64,000 bases of DNA, taken from IMG/VR virus record IMGVR_UViG_3300035643_000181. One strand, written 5' to 3'. Origin of the DNA: an uncultured virus (IMG/VR IMGVR_UViG_3300035643_000181). Lineage: Duplodnaviria; Heunggongvirae; Uroviricota; Caudoviricetes. Position 1 is the first letter of the stretch; the number at the start of each line of letters is the position of its first letter. The notes beneath the pieces were generated by a model. That model was not told the origin of the DNA. It searched no databases and was given only the letters and a program-made list of their open reading frames with translations. Below are positions 9,492-18,692 of this stretch, in pieces. The position numbers and the translations under genes are program-made.

Positions 9492-12074
9492 ATGGCTCTA
9501 AATCCCTACTTAGCAAGTAAATTACAGACGGCCAATCTAGGCCCGGAAATGATACCGCTCCTCGTTGAAGTATCTCCCCAGGCAACATCAGAAGTATCAT
9601 CCCAACTCAGAGGAGTCAGGGATACCCGAGTCGGTCGAACCATTGGGTTGTCAGGAACTTCACAATATATCGAGCTATTTGCCCCGGTGGAATCCCTCGC
9701 TGCCATTGAGGGGATATCTGGGGTGAAGATGATACATAAGAACATGATTAAAAGAATTTCGGCGGCACCCAGTGTTGTGAATAGGCTGATGACGAAATTC
9801 GACCCGATAGAGGGTGAGGTTAAGATTGATGATGTGATAGTACCTCGTGACCTTCTCGGTCCCAAGATGGCATTACGCTACTCACCCCTGGGGCTATTAA
9901 CTCGTACTCCACTGGGTAAGATAGGACCTCTTAACGATATGCTAAGCCCGCTGGGCGAAATCACCATCATACCAACCAGTCGGAGCCGTATGGTACTTCT
10001 GGATATACCCACCGATTATGACGGTAGCGGGGTCACTGTGGCGATTTTGGACACCGGCTCGGGACCGCAACTTCCCAGTTCTCTCGGTGTCATCGGTTAT
10101 TCGGCCTGTATGGAAGACCCCTTACCAACCGATCAGCACGGGCACGGCTGTCTTGGTGGAGATGCTATCGTGTTTACTGGCTTCTGTGGTTTAGCCACAT
10201 TGCAAGATATTTGGGACAAGGTTGAAGCTGAACCAATGCCATATAAAGATGGTGAAGCCAAATTCTTCAATACTAAGTCGCTTGGTTTTAATGACACTTT
10301 AACTCCCGTAGATACTAATGCTATATTCAGGACAACAAGCAAAGAGGCAATTGAATTAACTACGTGCTTTGGTACACTTCCATTAGTAACGCCATGGCAT
10401 GAGTTTTTAGTAGTTAAGCCACGAAAGTCAAAGAGGAACCGTTTGGGTAATCTTGATTGGCATGCCAGATGGTACAACGGCTATGACTTAACACTCACCA
10501 GAGCAGACCAAATCAAACAAGGAGATTTTATATTTGCTCCTAGCTTTGAGAGTCTACCAATGGACGAAGATCGAAACTGGCTTTTCCCTTATATAGTGGG
10601 TGATGTTCTCGGTGACTCGAATATTCGTCCTTATGGTGATAAAAGACATTCAGATGTTGGTATTCATGAACATAACCCTAAGATTGTAGCCGGTATTTCG
10701 CAAAGACTAAATGAACTAGGCTATCAAGTCCATAACAATGAAGGTAAAGGACCAATCTGGATATACTCGGCTAATCTTAAGAATAGATTAGAGCAATTAG
10801 GTATTCCCTCGGGAAACCACCGAAGCCGTAATTTTCCTCTACCTGTCAAATTACTCAAAAATCACTCAGCTGTGAGAGCACTCGTCGCGGGTTACTATGA
10901 TGCTGAGGGGTACCCTTACCCTTCCGAAAGACGTTTCACATTGTGTTCGGTAAATCACAGCTTTTTAAAAAGTCTCCAGAGATTACTTCTCTGCTTTGGT
11001 ATTTATGGATATATTGCTAGTGGGGGAGAATCAAAGGGGTCAAAATCATATCATTTGGGATTTTGTGGAAATAATGCTCGGAATTTCGCTGAGTTCATTC
11101 GACCTTATGCTCTAAAACCAGTGCCCGAAATTCCCTTCAGATATGAAAAGAATAACAAGGGCTATGTTGGGTTACCTAATGGTAAGGCAGTTAGGGTTAA
11201 GAAAACAAGAACAGTATCTAGCGAAGGGGTCTCATTCTACTCTCTTTCAATACCTTCCTATCATATCTATGTAACAAGTGGTGTGTACTCTAAAAATACG
11301 TGGTGCCTAAATGCGGCGACTGGTAGAAGGGCTAGGGGAATTTTTGGTGAAATTCAAGGCGTGGCGCCAGGTGCCAAGCAAATGCCGATAAAAGTTCTCC
11401 AGAGCCTAACTGGTATGGGTACGACAGCCGATATTCTCGCCGGCATCCAGAAGGCAGTAGATAATGGAGCTCAGGTTATCTCCCTAAGTCTTGGCAGTGA
11501 TAGTTGTCAAGGAGGATGCTATCAATCCGACGGCGGGCCTTGTCCCGAATGTAAACTAATCAAGCAGCTCTCCGATAAGGGTATTCTTTTTGCTGTTGCC
11601 ATGGGAAACAACGGCACGGATCCATCGGGTTCTTGGCAGGGTGGCTGCCCTGGCTGTGCTCAGGGAGCCATCACCGTTGCCTCTCTCTCTATGACTGATG
11701 CCCCAGCCTGTGCTTATTGGAGTTCAATAGGGCCTTCCAGTCCTGATAACAAAGGTCATGCGGGCTTTGAACCAAAACCAACTTGCTGTGCTCCAGGTGG
11801 GGGGCGGTCATCATCAAGTGCTATTCCTGACGAAGTGCTCTATTCCGGAATGGGCGGCTATTTCACTGGGCTTTATACCGGAGTGTGGACTGATATTGCC
11901 GGGTGCTTCCATGGTACTTCACAAGCGACACCCCACCTTGCTGGGTTACTTGGTTTACTTCTACAAGCCGGTAAAATCTCGAATGCCAAGGACTTCAAGA
12001 GAATAATGCAAGCTAAGGGTCATCCGTACTCATCTACTGATGGCTACGGTATTTCAAAATTGAGTTATTTCTAA
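9492..12074 (+). CDS. subtilisin-like S8 serine protease interrupted by an intein
   Basis: Asp motif VAILDTG, His motif HGHG|TWC split by the intein, oxyanion AMGN, Ser motif GTSQATPH. Confidence 0.9.
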   Translation: MALNPYLASKLQTANLGPEMIPLLVEVSPQATSEVSSQLRGVRDTRVGRTIGLSGTSQYIELFAPVESLAAIEGISGVKMIHKNMIKRISAAPSVVNRLMTKFDPIEGEVKIDDVIVPRDLLGPKMALRYSPLGLLTRTPLGKIGPLNDMLSPLGEITIIPTSRSRMVLLDIPTDYDGSGVTVAILDTGSGPQLPSSLGVIGYSACMEDPLPTDQHGHGCLGGDAIVFTGFCGLATLQDIWDKVEAEPMPYKDGEAKFFNTKSLGFNDTLTPVDTNAIFRTTSKEAIELTTCFGTLPLVTPWHEFLVVKPRKSKRNRLGNLDWHARWYNGYDLTLTRADQIKQGDFIFAPSFESLPMDEDRNWLFPYIVGDVLGDSNIRPYGDKRHSDVGIHEHNPKIVAGISQRLNELGYQVHNNEGKGPIWIYSANLKNRLEQLGIPSGNHRSRNFPLPVKLLKNHSAVRALVAGYYDAEGYPYPSERRFTLCSVNHSFLKSLQRLLLCFGIYGYIASGGESKGSKSYHLGFCGNNARNFAEFIRPYALKPVPEIPFRYEKNNKGYVGLPNGKAVRVKKTRTVSSEGVSFYSLSIPSYHIYVTSGVYSKNTWCLNAATGRRARGIFGEIQGVAPGAKQMPIKVLQSLTGMGTTADILAGIQKAVDNGAQVISLSLGSDSCQGGCYQSDGGPCPECKLIKQLSDKGILFAVAMGNNGTDPSGSWQGGCPGCAQGAITVASLSMTDAPACAYWSSIGPSSPDNKGHAGFEPKPTCCAPGGGRSSSSAIPDEVLYSGMGGYFTGLYTGVWTDIAGCFHGTSQATPHLAGLLGLLLQAGKISNAKDFKRIMQAKGHPYSSTDGYGISKLSYF
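10149..11297 (+). mobile_element. intein with LAGLIDADG homing endonuclease (383 aa)
   Basis: Starts Cys (CLGGD), block B VTPWHEF, LVAGYYDAEG, ends SKN before extein Thr; removal restores HGHGTWC. Confidence 0.88.
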
Positions 12075-12101
12075 TGTAAAAATGTAAATATGAAAGGGGT
12101 A

Positions 12102-12131
12102 TTGACAAACTCCTGACTTAGTGTTCATAAT
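12102..12131 (+). promoter_or_regulatory. sigma70-type promoter of the structural operon
   Basis: TTGACA, 18-nt spacer, CATAAT in an intergenic gap. Confidence 0.55.
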
Positions 12132-12143
12132 TAAAGACGTATT

Positions 12144-12228
12144 TAAAGGCGGAGACAACCTCGACAAGAAGGTTGAGGTCTCCGCCTTTACTTTTTGAAG
12201 AGGTTGTCCTCCCCTGGTAAAAAGGAGG
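12144..12228 (+). promoter_or_regulatory. structured 5' leader (13-bp stem with alternative pairings)
   Basis: TAAAGGCGGAGAC (12144-12156) / GTCTCCGCCTTTA (12178-12190) followed by CTTTTT; 12200-12212 can pair with the 5' arm or with the RBS. Confidence 0.55.
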
Positions 12229-12235
12229 GTATAAG

Positions 12236-12574
12236 ATGGCACCACCAAAGTTACCCGAAGTTCCATTCAAAAGAGGAAACAGAGAGGCCCCTATTGTAGT
12301 TGAGGAAGAAAGAAGGAAGGGGTTCTCTGGCCCACCGGCTCCCCATATTCTGAAACAAGACCCCCATGAAGACCTTGGTGAATTCCTGAATGACCTCGGC
12401 GGCGATATTCAAGGGCTAGGAGGCTGGATCTGCGATATGCTGGACAAGCCTTTTGAGGCCGTAACCCAAGGTGGACTGAGAGGTCCACACCGCCTTATTG
12501 ATAATGGCCTCAATCTGGGCACCGGTATGGGGCGGAATTTAATCAACAAGGTGCTCAGACCGTCCAGAGTATAA
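12236..12574 (+). CDS. hypothetical protein, first gene of the putative virion operon
   Basis: AGGAGG RBS. Confidence 0.65.
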   Translation: MAPPKLPEVPFKRGNREAPIVVEEERRKGFSGPPAPHILKQDPHEDLGEFLNDLGGDIQGLGGWICDMLDKPFEAVTQGGLRGPHRLIDNGLNLGTGMGRNLINKVLRPSRV

Positions 12575-12600
12575 AGTAAGGAAGAGGTAAGGAGGTAAAT

Positions 12601-12882
12601 ATGCCACCAACTATTGTATTCCCCAAAGTTGCAGATGTGATCGCAAGCCCGATATCAGCATTATCTGCGATACGCATCAGTCTCAATCAGACCGGGGCAA
12701 ACTTTGAGGCAGGTTTGCCACAAGGTGGTCCCAGTCTACCCAAGTCAGGTGGGGGAACCAGTTTTAAACTCCCCGACGTTTTGGCCTTCTTCAAGGGACC
12801 GGCGGCAGCTCAAGCCGTAAACCAAAAAACGACCGAGCAACCAAGCGCCAAAACGTCAAAATCGGTCTTTAATTACAAGTAA
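12601..12882 (+). CDS. hypothetical putative virion protein
   Basis: AAGGAGG RBS. Confidence 0.65.
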   Translation: MPPTIVFPKVADVIASPISALSAIRISLNQTGANFEAGLPQGGPSLPKSGGGTSFKLPDVLAFFKGPAAAQAVNQKTTEQPSAKTSKSVFNYK

Positions 12883-12916
12883 ATCTAGGTAGTAAATCTA
12901 GGTCAGGAGGAGCGAA

Positions 12917-13663
12917 ATGGGAAATTATAATCTGATTATCGGTAAGATATCCCCCTTGCAAAGTGCGGCATTGACTAGTGACGAGCAGGCAGCCTTCGAT
13001 GCTGCGTATCAGAAGATAGTCGATAAAAAGAGTGCCATTGACCCGGAGATTGGGCAGTCTTGGGCTAACGAGCACGACTTCTATAACTATGCGGCTCAGG
13101 TGGCCAAATCGTATTTCACTACGCTGAATATCCCCTTTGTACCGGATGAGTCGACTTCTGGTACCTATGGCATGAGAGAGCTAGAACCTCAGGATGTTGT
13201 TCCACCCAGCTTTGCCGGCAGCCCTCCCTCCGTAATGTCCGGTTTCCATAGCTGGAAACAACTTCTGACACTGCCAGTCAATAACCTCTGGACTCATCTC
13301 TTTGGTCCGGGAGGTGTTCAGGGCATGGCCAGTAATGTCCAAAGCTACCATTCACTGCTCGCCTTCCACTCTCTAATTTCTTGGCAGCCAGGCTCCCGAG
13401 CAATGTATCTACGGCACCAAGTCAATGGCTATCAGTATCCGGCCGTCGTGGTAGAGGAATTCGCCAAAATGGATAAGAAGGGTAAAACCTTCAGACTTAT
13501 CCCACTCGAGGGTGAATTCTTGATCCATCCGACTGGCTACTGGACAACTGATATTGCCCTGGAGAAAGAGGTACTGAGCAACCAGGAGCAGTACACCGAG
13601 CAGATCGGTATTGAGGGTCTTACCTTTGCCGAATATTCTTACCTGCTCGCAGAAATAATCTAG
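12917..13663 (+). CDS. putative major capsid protein (jelly-roll type, tentative)
   Basis: 248 aa, strong RBS, N-terminal helix then beta-rich body, early in the structural operon; no motif-level proof. Confidence 0.4.
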   Translation: MGNYNLIIGKISPLQSAALTSDEQAAFDAAYQKIVDKKSAIDPEIGQSWANEHDFYNYAAQVAKSYFTTLNIPFVPDESTSGTYGMRELEPQDVVPPSFAGSPPSVMSGFHSWKQLLTLPVNNLWTHLFGPGGVQGMASNVQSYHSLLAFHSLISWQPGSRAMYLRHQVNGYQYPAVVVEEFAKMDKKGKTFRLIPLEGEFLIHPTGYWTTDIALEKEVLSNQEQYTEQIGIEGLTFAEYSYLLAEII

Positions 13664-13699
13664 CCGGCTAGATTTTAGCTGGCGAATAGGGAGGCAAAC

Positions 13700-14236
13700 A
13701 TGGACAATGTAATTGCCCAATTTCTGGATGGCAAACTGGCCCAACTGAATGGTATACATATCACCCCCGTTCTGAATAACGGAACGGGCTTGGCCACCGG
13801 TGCTCCTATTGCCTTGGCATTGGGCGCCAATACCATAACGGTGACTCAAGCCGGTACCCTGCTGGTATATGTTCCCCCTGGATATGGTGGAAGCGCCGTT
13901 GGTGCTATTGTGCAAGGCAGCCCGGTAACTCTGGTTACTGGATGGAATGTCCTGACTATAACTGGCACTGGTACTTTCACTCTCACCACTACCTGCTCGA
14001 CCACACAGACCACTATCGAAGTGGTGGGGCTACGTCAAATTGAGGCAGTGGTCGGAGTATCCCTGAGTGGCGGTTATAAGTTGGACCCCGCCGCGTGTAG
14101 TGTGTCCGGGAATAAGGTGACCATCACACCAATGTACTACACTAATAATGGTGGTGCTGCTGGCCCGGCTATCGCAGTGCCCAATACGGTGGACCTATCA
14201 GCTGTAGTGTGCAATCTCACTATAGTAGGCTACTAA
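13700..14236 (+). CDS. putative virion protein (Thr/Gly/Val-rich beta protein)
   Basis: Composition and operon position. Confidence 0.55.
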   Translation: MDNVIAQFLDGKLAQLNGIHITPVLNNGTGLATGAPIALALGANTITVTQAGTLLVYVPPGYGGSAVGAIVQGSPVTLVTGWNVLTITGTGTFTLTTTCSTTQTTIEVVGLRQIEAVVGVSLSGGYKLDPAACSVSGNKVTITPMYYTNNGGAAGPAIAVPNTVDLSAVVCNLTIVGY

Positions 14237-14278
14237 GCCATTTAGTCCAATAAATAAGCAGCTCCTCCGACGGAGGGA

Positions 14279-14983
14279 ATGGAGGAGTGTGAGGAGGTGC
14301 TTAAAGTGATACGTTTGGATTTCCCCCGCACATTGACTTTTCCGCCGGCTAAGCGGGAGTATGAGGTCGGTGACCTGCTTACTTTTTCACAGGCTTGGCC
14401 GGCTGGCAAACTCGGTATTACCCCGGGACTCATTTACCGGGTTAAGTGGCACCAAGAGGTGCCTTATGACCTGCACTACATTATCCAGGCAAATGACTGG
14501 AAGGATGTCGATATCTCTGACCCGACGAGCTACAGTCCAGCACCGGGTAGCCCGGAAGCCCTGTATCCTTACGGTACAAAGGATACCCTCTACCAGATTT
14601 TGCTTGGACTTAAACCATTCAACGGTATGCTCCATCTCTACATGCCTGAAAACCAGTGGATCCTCGCGCTGGAATATACCAAGATGTACCCTTCCAACGA
14701 TGCCATGTCTGACCCGAAGAGAAAATACATCGGGTCGATAAAATGGCATGACACCCCTTACTATGACCCGAGACTCAAAATTGTCACGGTCTACAACATG
14801 TTACCATTCTATCTAAGATTTCTGATGGATCTGGGTGATTGGGAGAAGGTTATCGCTCCACTGATTGTTAACCACTGCCAGCTTGAAGATGTGTCCAATC
14901 AAGTAAGTGATGAACAGAAGGCGAGGGCGCAGGTCATCAGGTATGTAACCGAGATATCCTTCAGACAACAGGGTACGGCATAA
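14279..14983 (+). CDS. putative virion protein
   Basis: Long ORF in the structural operon. Confidence 0.55.
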   Translation: MEECEEVLKVIRLDFPRTLTFPPAKREYEVGDLLTFSQAWPAGKLGITPGLIYRVKWHQEVPYDLHYIIQANDWKDVDISDPTSYSPAPGSPEALYPYGTKDTLYQILLGLKPFNGMLHLYMPENQWILALEYTKMYPSNDAMSDPKRKYIGSIKWHDTPYYDPRLKIVTVYNMLPFYLRFLMDLGDWEKVIAPLIVNHCQLEDVSNQVSDEQKARAQVIRYVTEISFRQQGTA

Positions 14984-14994
14984 GGAGGCGGCTA

Positions 14995-15354
14995 ATGGAT
15001 ATCGAAAATCCCGTCATCGATAAAGTCATCGTTAATGATTCGGTAACCCTGGCTATGGGGGATAATGTTGTCGAGCAAATTCCTCCTATTCGAGTCGGTT
15101 ATGTTACCCGCCTGGCAGTCTATAACCCCGGATTAGTGGCTTGTGTTATCACGCTCATTGACAGCTTTCTGCCCGACTCCAGTAATGGTAACCCTACCCC
15201 AACGATGGAGACCGAACCACGTTACACAATGGTAGTACCGGCAGGAGACTTCATCGACCTCAATGGTCACAAGCTCTCCAAACACCTGGGTCTGCTAAAT
15301 ATAAATGCCAGTGTGGCAGGAGTCATCGCAAGTTATGTGCTGGAGTTGGAATAG
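14995..15354 (+). CDS. putative virion protein
   Basis: AAGGAGG RBS; beta-rich. Confidence 0.55.
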   Translation: MDIENPVIDKVIVNDSVTLAMGDNVVEQIPPIRVGYVTRLAVYNPGLVACVITLIDSFLPDSSNGNPTPTMETEPRYTMVVPAGDFIDLNGHKLSKHLGLLNINASVAGVIASYVLELE

Positions 15355-15686
15355 TGCTGACACGCATTCAGACTGCCCACGTCCAAGAGAATCTGGGTGA
15401 CCTTACCACTATTGTACCTTTTGTTAATGTCTCCACTGGCTATATGATTCAGCCCAGTGATACGGCTCTCCGTGTTACTGGGTCAGTAGATTCCATAGTT
15501 ACCTTACCAGTTGTCGGAGTGCCGATAGGTAAGACCATAACGATAAGTAACGGCCTATCGGGGGGTGCTAACGTTACTATAAATGCTGTCGGCGGTCCGG
15601 ATATCGGAAATTCGGGCAACGGCACATCTGAGGTAGCCTGGACAATCGGAGATGTCAGGACATTCCGGTGGGATGGCACAATGTGA
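15354..15686 (+). CDS. putative spike/fibre protein, short paralogue of 15719..17311
   Basis: Shares RIQ..H..ENLGDL, PSD.ALRVTG, GKTI..SNGLS, GGPDIGNS and RWDGT with the next gene. Confidence 0.65.
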   Translation: MLTRIQTAHVQENLGDLTTIVPFVNVSTGYMIQPSDTALRVTGSVDSIVTLPVVGVPIGKTITISNGLSGGANVTINAVGGPDIGNSGNGTSEVAWTIGDVRTFRWDGTM

Positions 15687-15718
15687 TGGGTCATAGGTCG
15701 TTAAGATGGAGTTGAAAC

Positions 15719-17311
15719 ATGAAGCGCATCCAAGAAGTCCACATCCCGGAAAATCTAGGTGATCTCAACACCGCTCTACCTTTCGTAGACGTTTCCGATG
15801 GCTACATGATTAAGCCCAGCGACTCGGCTCTTCGTGTAACCGGAGGCGCTGATTCTATAGTTACTCTCCCCGTTCAGGACCTCGTGACTATTGTCGGAAC
15901 TCCAAGCGGCCTCTTCACCATTGATGAAATGGTAATGGGGTCAGTCTCGGAAGCTCTTGGCCTGGTGGTTTCCCAAACAGCCGAATCTATCACCGTACAG
16001 ATGATCACCATTACGCAATTTGAGAATAGTGACACCATTACCGGCGAAACCTCGGGCTCCACAGTAACCGGCATTACCGCTATCGACACCGTGATGCTCC
16101 CGAACGGTAAGACCATATCGGTAAGCAATGGCCTATCATCGGGTAAAGTTACCATAGTGGCTATCGGCGGTCCGGATATCGGAAACTCAACTGATGATAC
16201 CTCGGAGGTGATTACGGCTTATAGCTCCGTCAGCACCTGCCGGTGGGATGGCACGCAGTGGTGGATTCTCAGCCACTCTATCGGAGCGCCTGCCCCTCCG
16301 CCAAGTACTTCAGGAATTCCCTATGTTATTTGTCCATCTTGTTCCGAAACAGTAGCGAATAATGATGGGACAGCAAATTACCGGTTGGCCATTACGCTTG
16401 CCACGGTTGATGGACTACCTGCGGCCGCTGACCTTACCCCGGGCACGATCAGCATGTGGCGCATCAGGGCTGGGGTGAAAACTCTGGTTTACAGTGGGGT
16501 CGCCTGTAATGTCGATACCGGACTTATCTATCATGACGAGGCTTTTAGCAGTGCATCCGGTTGGCAGAAGGGAGATAACTACGAGGCAAGATTCGATGGA
16601 CAACAGGTTACCATAGGGACCACTACTTATGATTTACCTCCAATCTATCTTCAAGGGGTTGTAATCGTTACTACTTCCATGACTACTACGCCCATACTGC
16701 CTGAGTTCTACGAAGGATGGCAAATTGGTTCTGTTCCCGATCCAGATTATTGGGCAGTTGTACAAAGTGCTGAGGATACCTGGGCTATTTACCAGTTGTC
16801 CGGATATCTTTACGCGGGGATTTCTGTAGGGGGGCCATTTGGGGCTGATAATTGCTCTCTAGCCGTACTGGCCTTCTGGGATGCCATGCCGACATTTGGC
16901 ACACATTCCATACCACAGCAACTTATCCTGGAGTTTGAGTTACGCTGTTCGAATCCATCTGGTTTGGATGGCACTGCCACTTTCATCGGTCTGGCGCCCG
17001 ATCAGGGTGATACCTTTGCCGCACAAAACATCATGGGGTTTGGTATTGTCGACGGCGCCCTGGTCAGTGTAACGGATAATGGTGGAGTCAGAACAACCAA
17101 TACGGGGTTTGGTGAAGACTTGACGGTATTTACCAAACTGAAGATCGTAGTCCGAAATGGGGCGGTGGACTTTTATGTAAATGGCGTACTGGTAGCGACA
17201 CACACTACGAACATACCTGCTGTAGCAGAATGCGATGATTTTTACTTTGCCACTCCAGATGAGAATGCGTCAGATGTTGGGATAGGTCAGGTAAGGTGCT
17301 ACTACCAATAG
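15719..17311 (+). CDS. putative spike/receptor-binding protein with C-terminal lectin-like (ConA) domain
   Basis: C-terminal KLKIVVRNGAVDFYVNGVLVATHTTNIP pattern typical of beta-sandwich lectin folds. Confidence 0.55.
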   Translation: MKRIQEVHIPENLGDLNTALPFVDVSDGYMIKPSDSALRVTGGADSIVTLPVQDLVTIVGTPSGLFTIDEMVMGSVSEALGLVVSQTAESITVQMITITQFENSDTITGETSGSTVTGITAIDTVMLPNGKTISVSNGLSSGKVTIVAIGGPDIGNSTDDTSEVITAYSSVSTCRWDGTQWWILSHSIGAPAPPPSTSGIPYVICPSCSETVANNDGTANYRLAITLATVDGLPAAADLTPGTISMWRIRAGVKTLVYSGVACNVDTGLIYHDEAFSSASGWQKGDNYEARFDGQQVTIGTTTYDLPPIYLQGVVIVTTSMTTTPILPEFYEGWQIGSVPDPDYWAVVQSAEDTWAIYQLSGYLYAGISVGGPFGADNCSLAVLAFWDAMPTFGTHSIPQQLILEFELRCSNPSGLDGTATFIGLAPDQGDTFAAQNIMGFGIVDGALVSVTDNGGVRTTNTGFGEDLTVFTKLKIVVRNGAVDFYVNGVLVATHTTNIPAVAECDDFYFATPDENASDVGIGQVRCYYQ

Positions 17312-17321
17312 GGAGAAGGAA

Positions 17322-17834
17322 ATGGAAGATCCAAAATTATTCCGAAAACTAAATGCTATTGAGAGTAAGTTAGATGCTCCCATTTCCAGTATCTCAAGTC
17401 TGATTCCACAACCAGGTGTCTATACCCACACGGTGACTATTACGGATAGTGCCGGAGATATAGCTCTCGGTTCTCTTCAGATAAAGGGCATACCCGCCGG
17501 GCGCACTGTTAAACATGTGTTTATCCACTGGCTATGCCGGCAGGCAAGTGATACCAGCGGCGCGCCCAATAGCCTATTTGAAGGCCAAGATTTGCAGGTA
17601 CAAAAGAACTCCGAGGGGTCATTCTATACCTTCTTCAGTTTCGCGGGCGGTGAATTTGCTACGCCGGCATCAGGAGCGAGTCCCGGCGACGCCAAGAAGG
17701 GAACGTATGACCTGGCAGCAGATTTGGCACTGGAAAACGACGATATCCTGACATTCCAGTTAACTGATGGGGTTGCGGTCGGAAGCGATCTGGTATTAGA
17801 CGCTTGGGAAATAATCGTTGAGGTAACTTGTTAA
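17322..17834 (+). CDS. putative virion protein
   Basis: Beta-rich ORF in the structural operon. Confidence 0.55.
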   Translation: MEDPKLFRKLNAIESKLDAPISSISSLIPQPGVYTHTVTITDSAGDIALGSLQIKGIPAGRTVKHVFIHWLCRQASDTSGAPNSLFEGQDLQVQKNSEGSFYTFFSFAGGEFATPASGASPGDAKKGTYDLAADLALENDDILTFQLTDGVAVGSDLVLDAWEIIVEVTC

Positions 17835-17835
17835 C

Positions 17836-18681
17836 ATGCTACCAAGAGAATTCCCCTGGAAAGATGCTGAGGCTACCCTAGCCAAGTTAAATTTAATTGA
17901 CGCTCATCTCGTCAATTTTGCTAAAGCTCAGCTTGAACTAGCGAATGCCATCAAAGCTCTCGGTATTTTACCTGAAGCTAAGGGGTTGCTGACAGGACTT
18001 CCCTGGCCTGCTCCTTTCCCGGCTCCACTGCAAATGCCCATTGATGATGGTGGAATTGCTGCCAGTGGTACCGAGAGTAGCCTGACGGACACCAGCAAAT
18101 ACTGGGCAAGTAATTCGCTGATCGGCTCGGCAGTATGGTTCGTTATTGATAAGCAGCTCTACCGATCAACTATTATCGCAAATACCCTTCAGGAATTTGA
18201 TTTTAGTCCCTCTCTTCCTAAAGCCGTAATGCCTGATTATGGGACTCCTTACTTCATCAAACAGACCTTAACCCCAAGTCAGCTATCAATAGTCTACGAG
18301 CTATTTTTGACTAAAGCGGCAACACAGGTTATCAATAAGCCATCCCTGTCTCCCTCTGCTACCTCGCTTCTGGCTGACTGCCAGGCTATCGATTTAACAG
18401 TGGCTAAGACGGCCTTAGCGGTAACGGTAGCCTGTACCTTCGATGCCGCTGCGACCGCCGGGATTAGGGTTCATGTGCGGTCATCCTATGATGGAACCCA
18501 CTGGGATACCCAGGACTTTGATTCCTGGATTCCCAACTTTAGTGTCGGTGCTACAATCCAGGCCACCAAAGTCTATGACACCTCTACAGGCTATCTTAAG
18601 GTACTCATCGAGAATATGGATGTTGCTAGGTCGGTGACTAATATCTCAGTCCAATCTCTCGTTAGGGGAGTACTTCCCTAA
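17836..18681 (+). CDS. putative virion protein
   Basis: N-terminal coiled coil, LTDTSKYW and SSYDGTHWD motifs. Confidence 0.55.
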   Translation: MLPREFPWKDAEATLAKLNLIDAHLVNFAKAQLELANAIKALGILPEAKGLLTGLPWPAPFPAPLQMPIDDGGIAASGTESSLTDTSKYWASNSLIGSAVWFVIDKQLYRSTIIANTLQEFDFSPSLPKAVMPDYGTPYFIKQTLTPSQLSIVYELFLTKAATQVINKPSLSPSATSLLADCQAIDLTVAKTALAVTVACTFDAAATAGIRVHVRSSYDGTHWDTQDFDSWIPNFSVGATIQATKVYDTSTGYLKVLIENMDVARSVTNISVQSLVRGVLP

Positions 18682-18692
18682 AGGATAAACAT

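Noticed and set aside
15684..15686. Genome-wide TGA recoding
   Set aside because: Many genes end in TGA with ATGA/GTGA coupling, and long ORFs are intact under the standard code.
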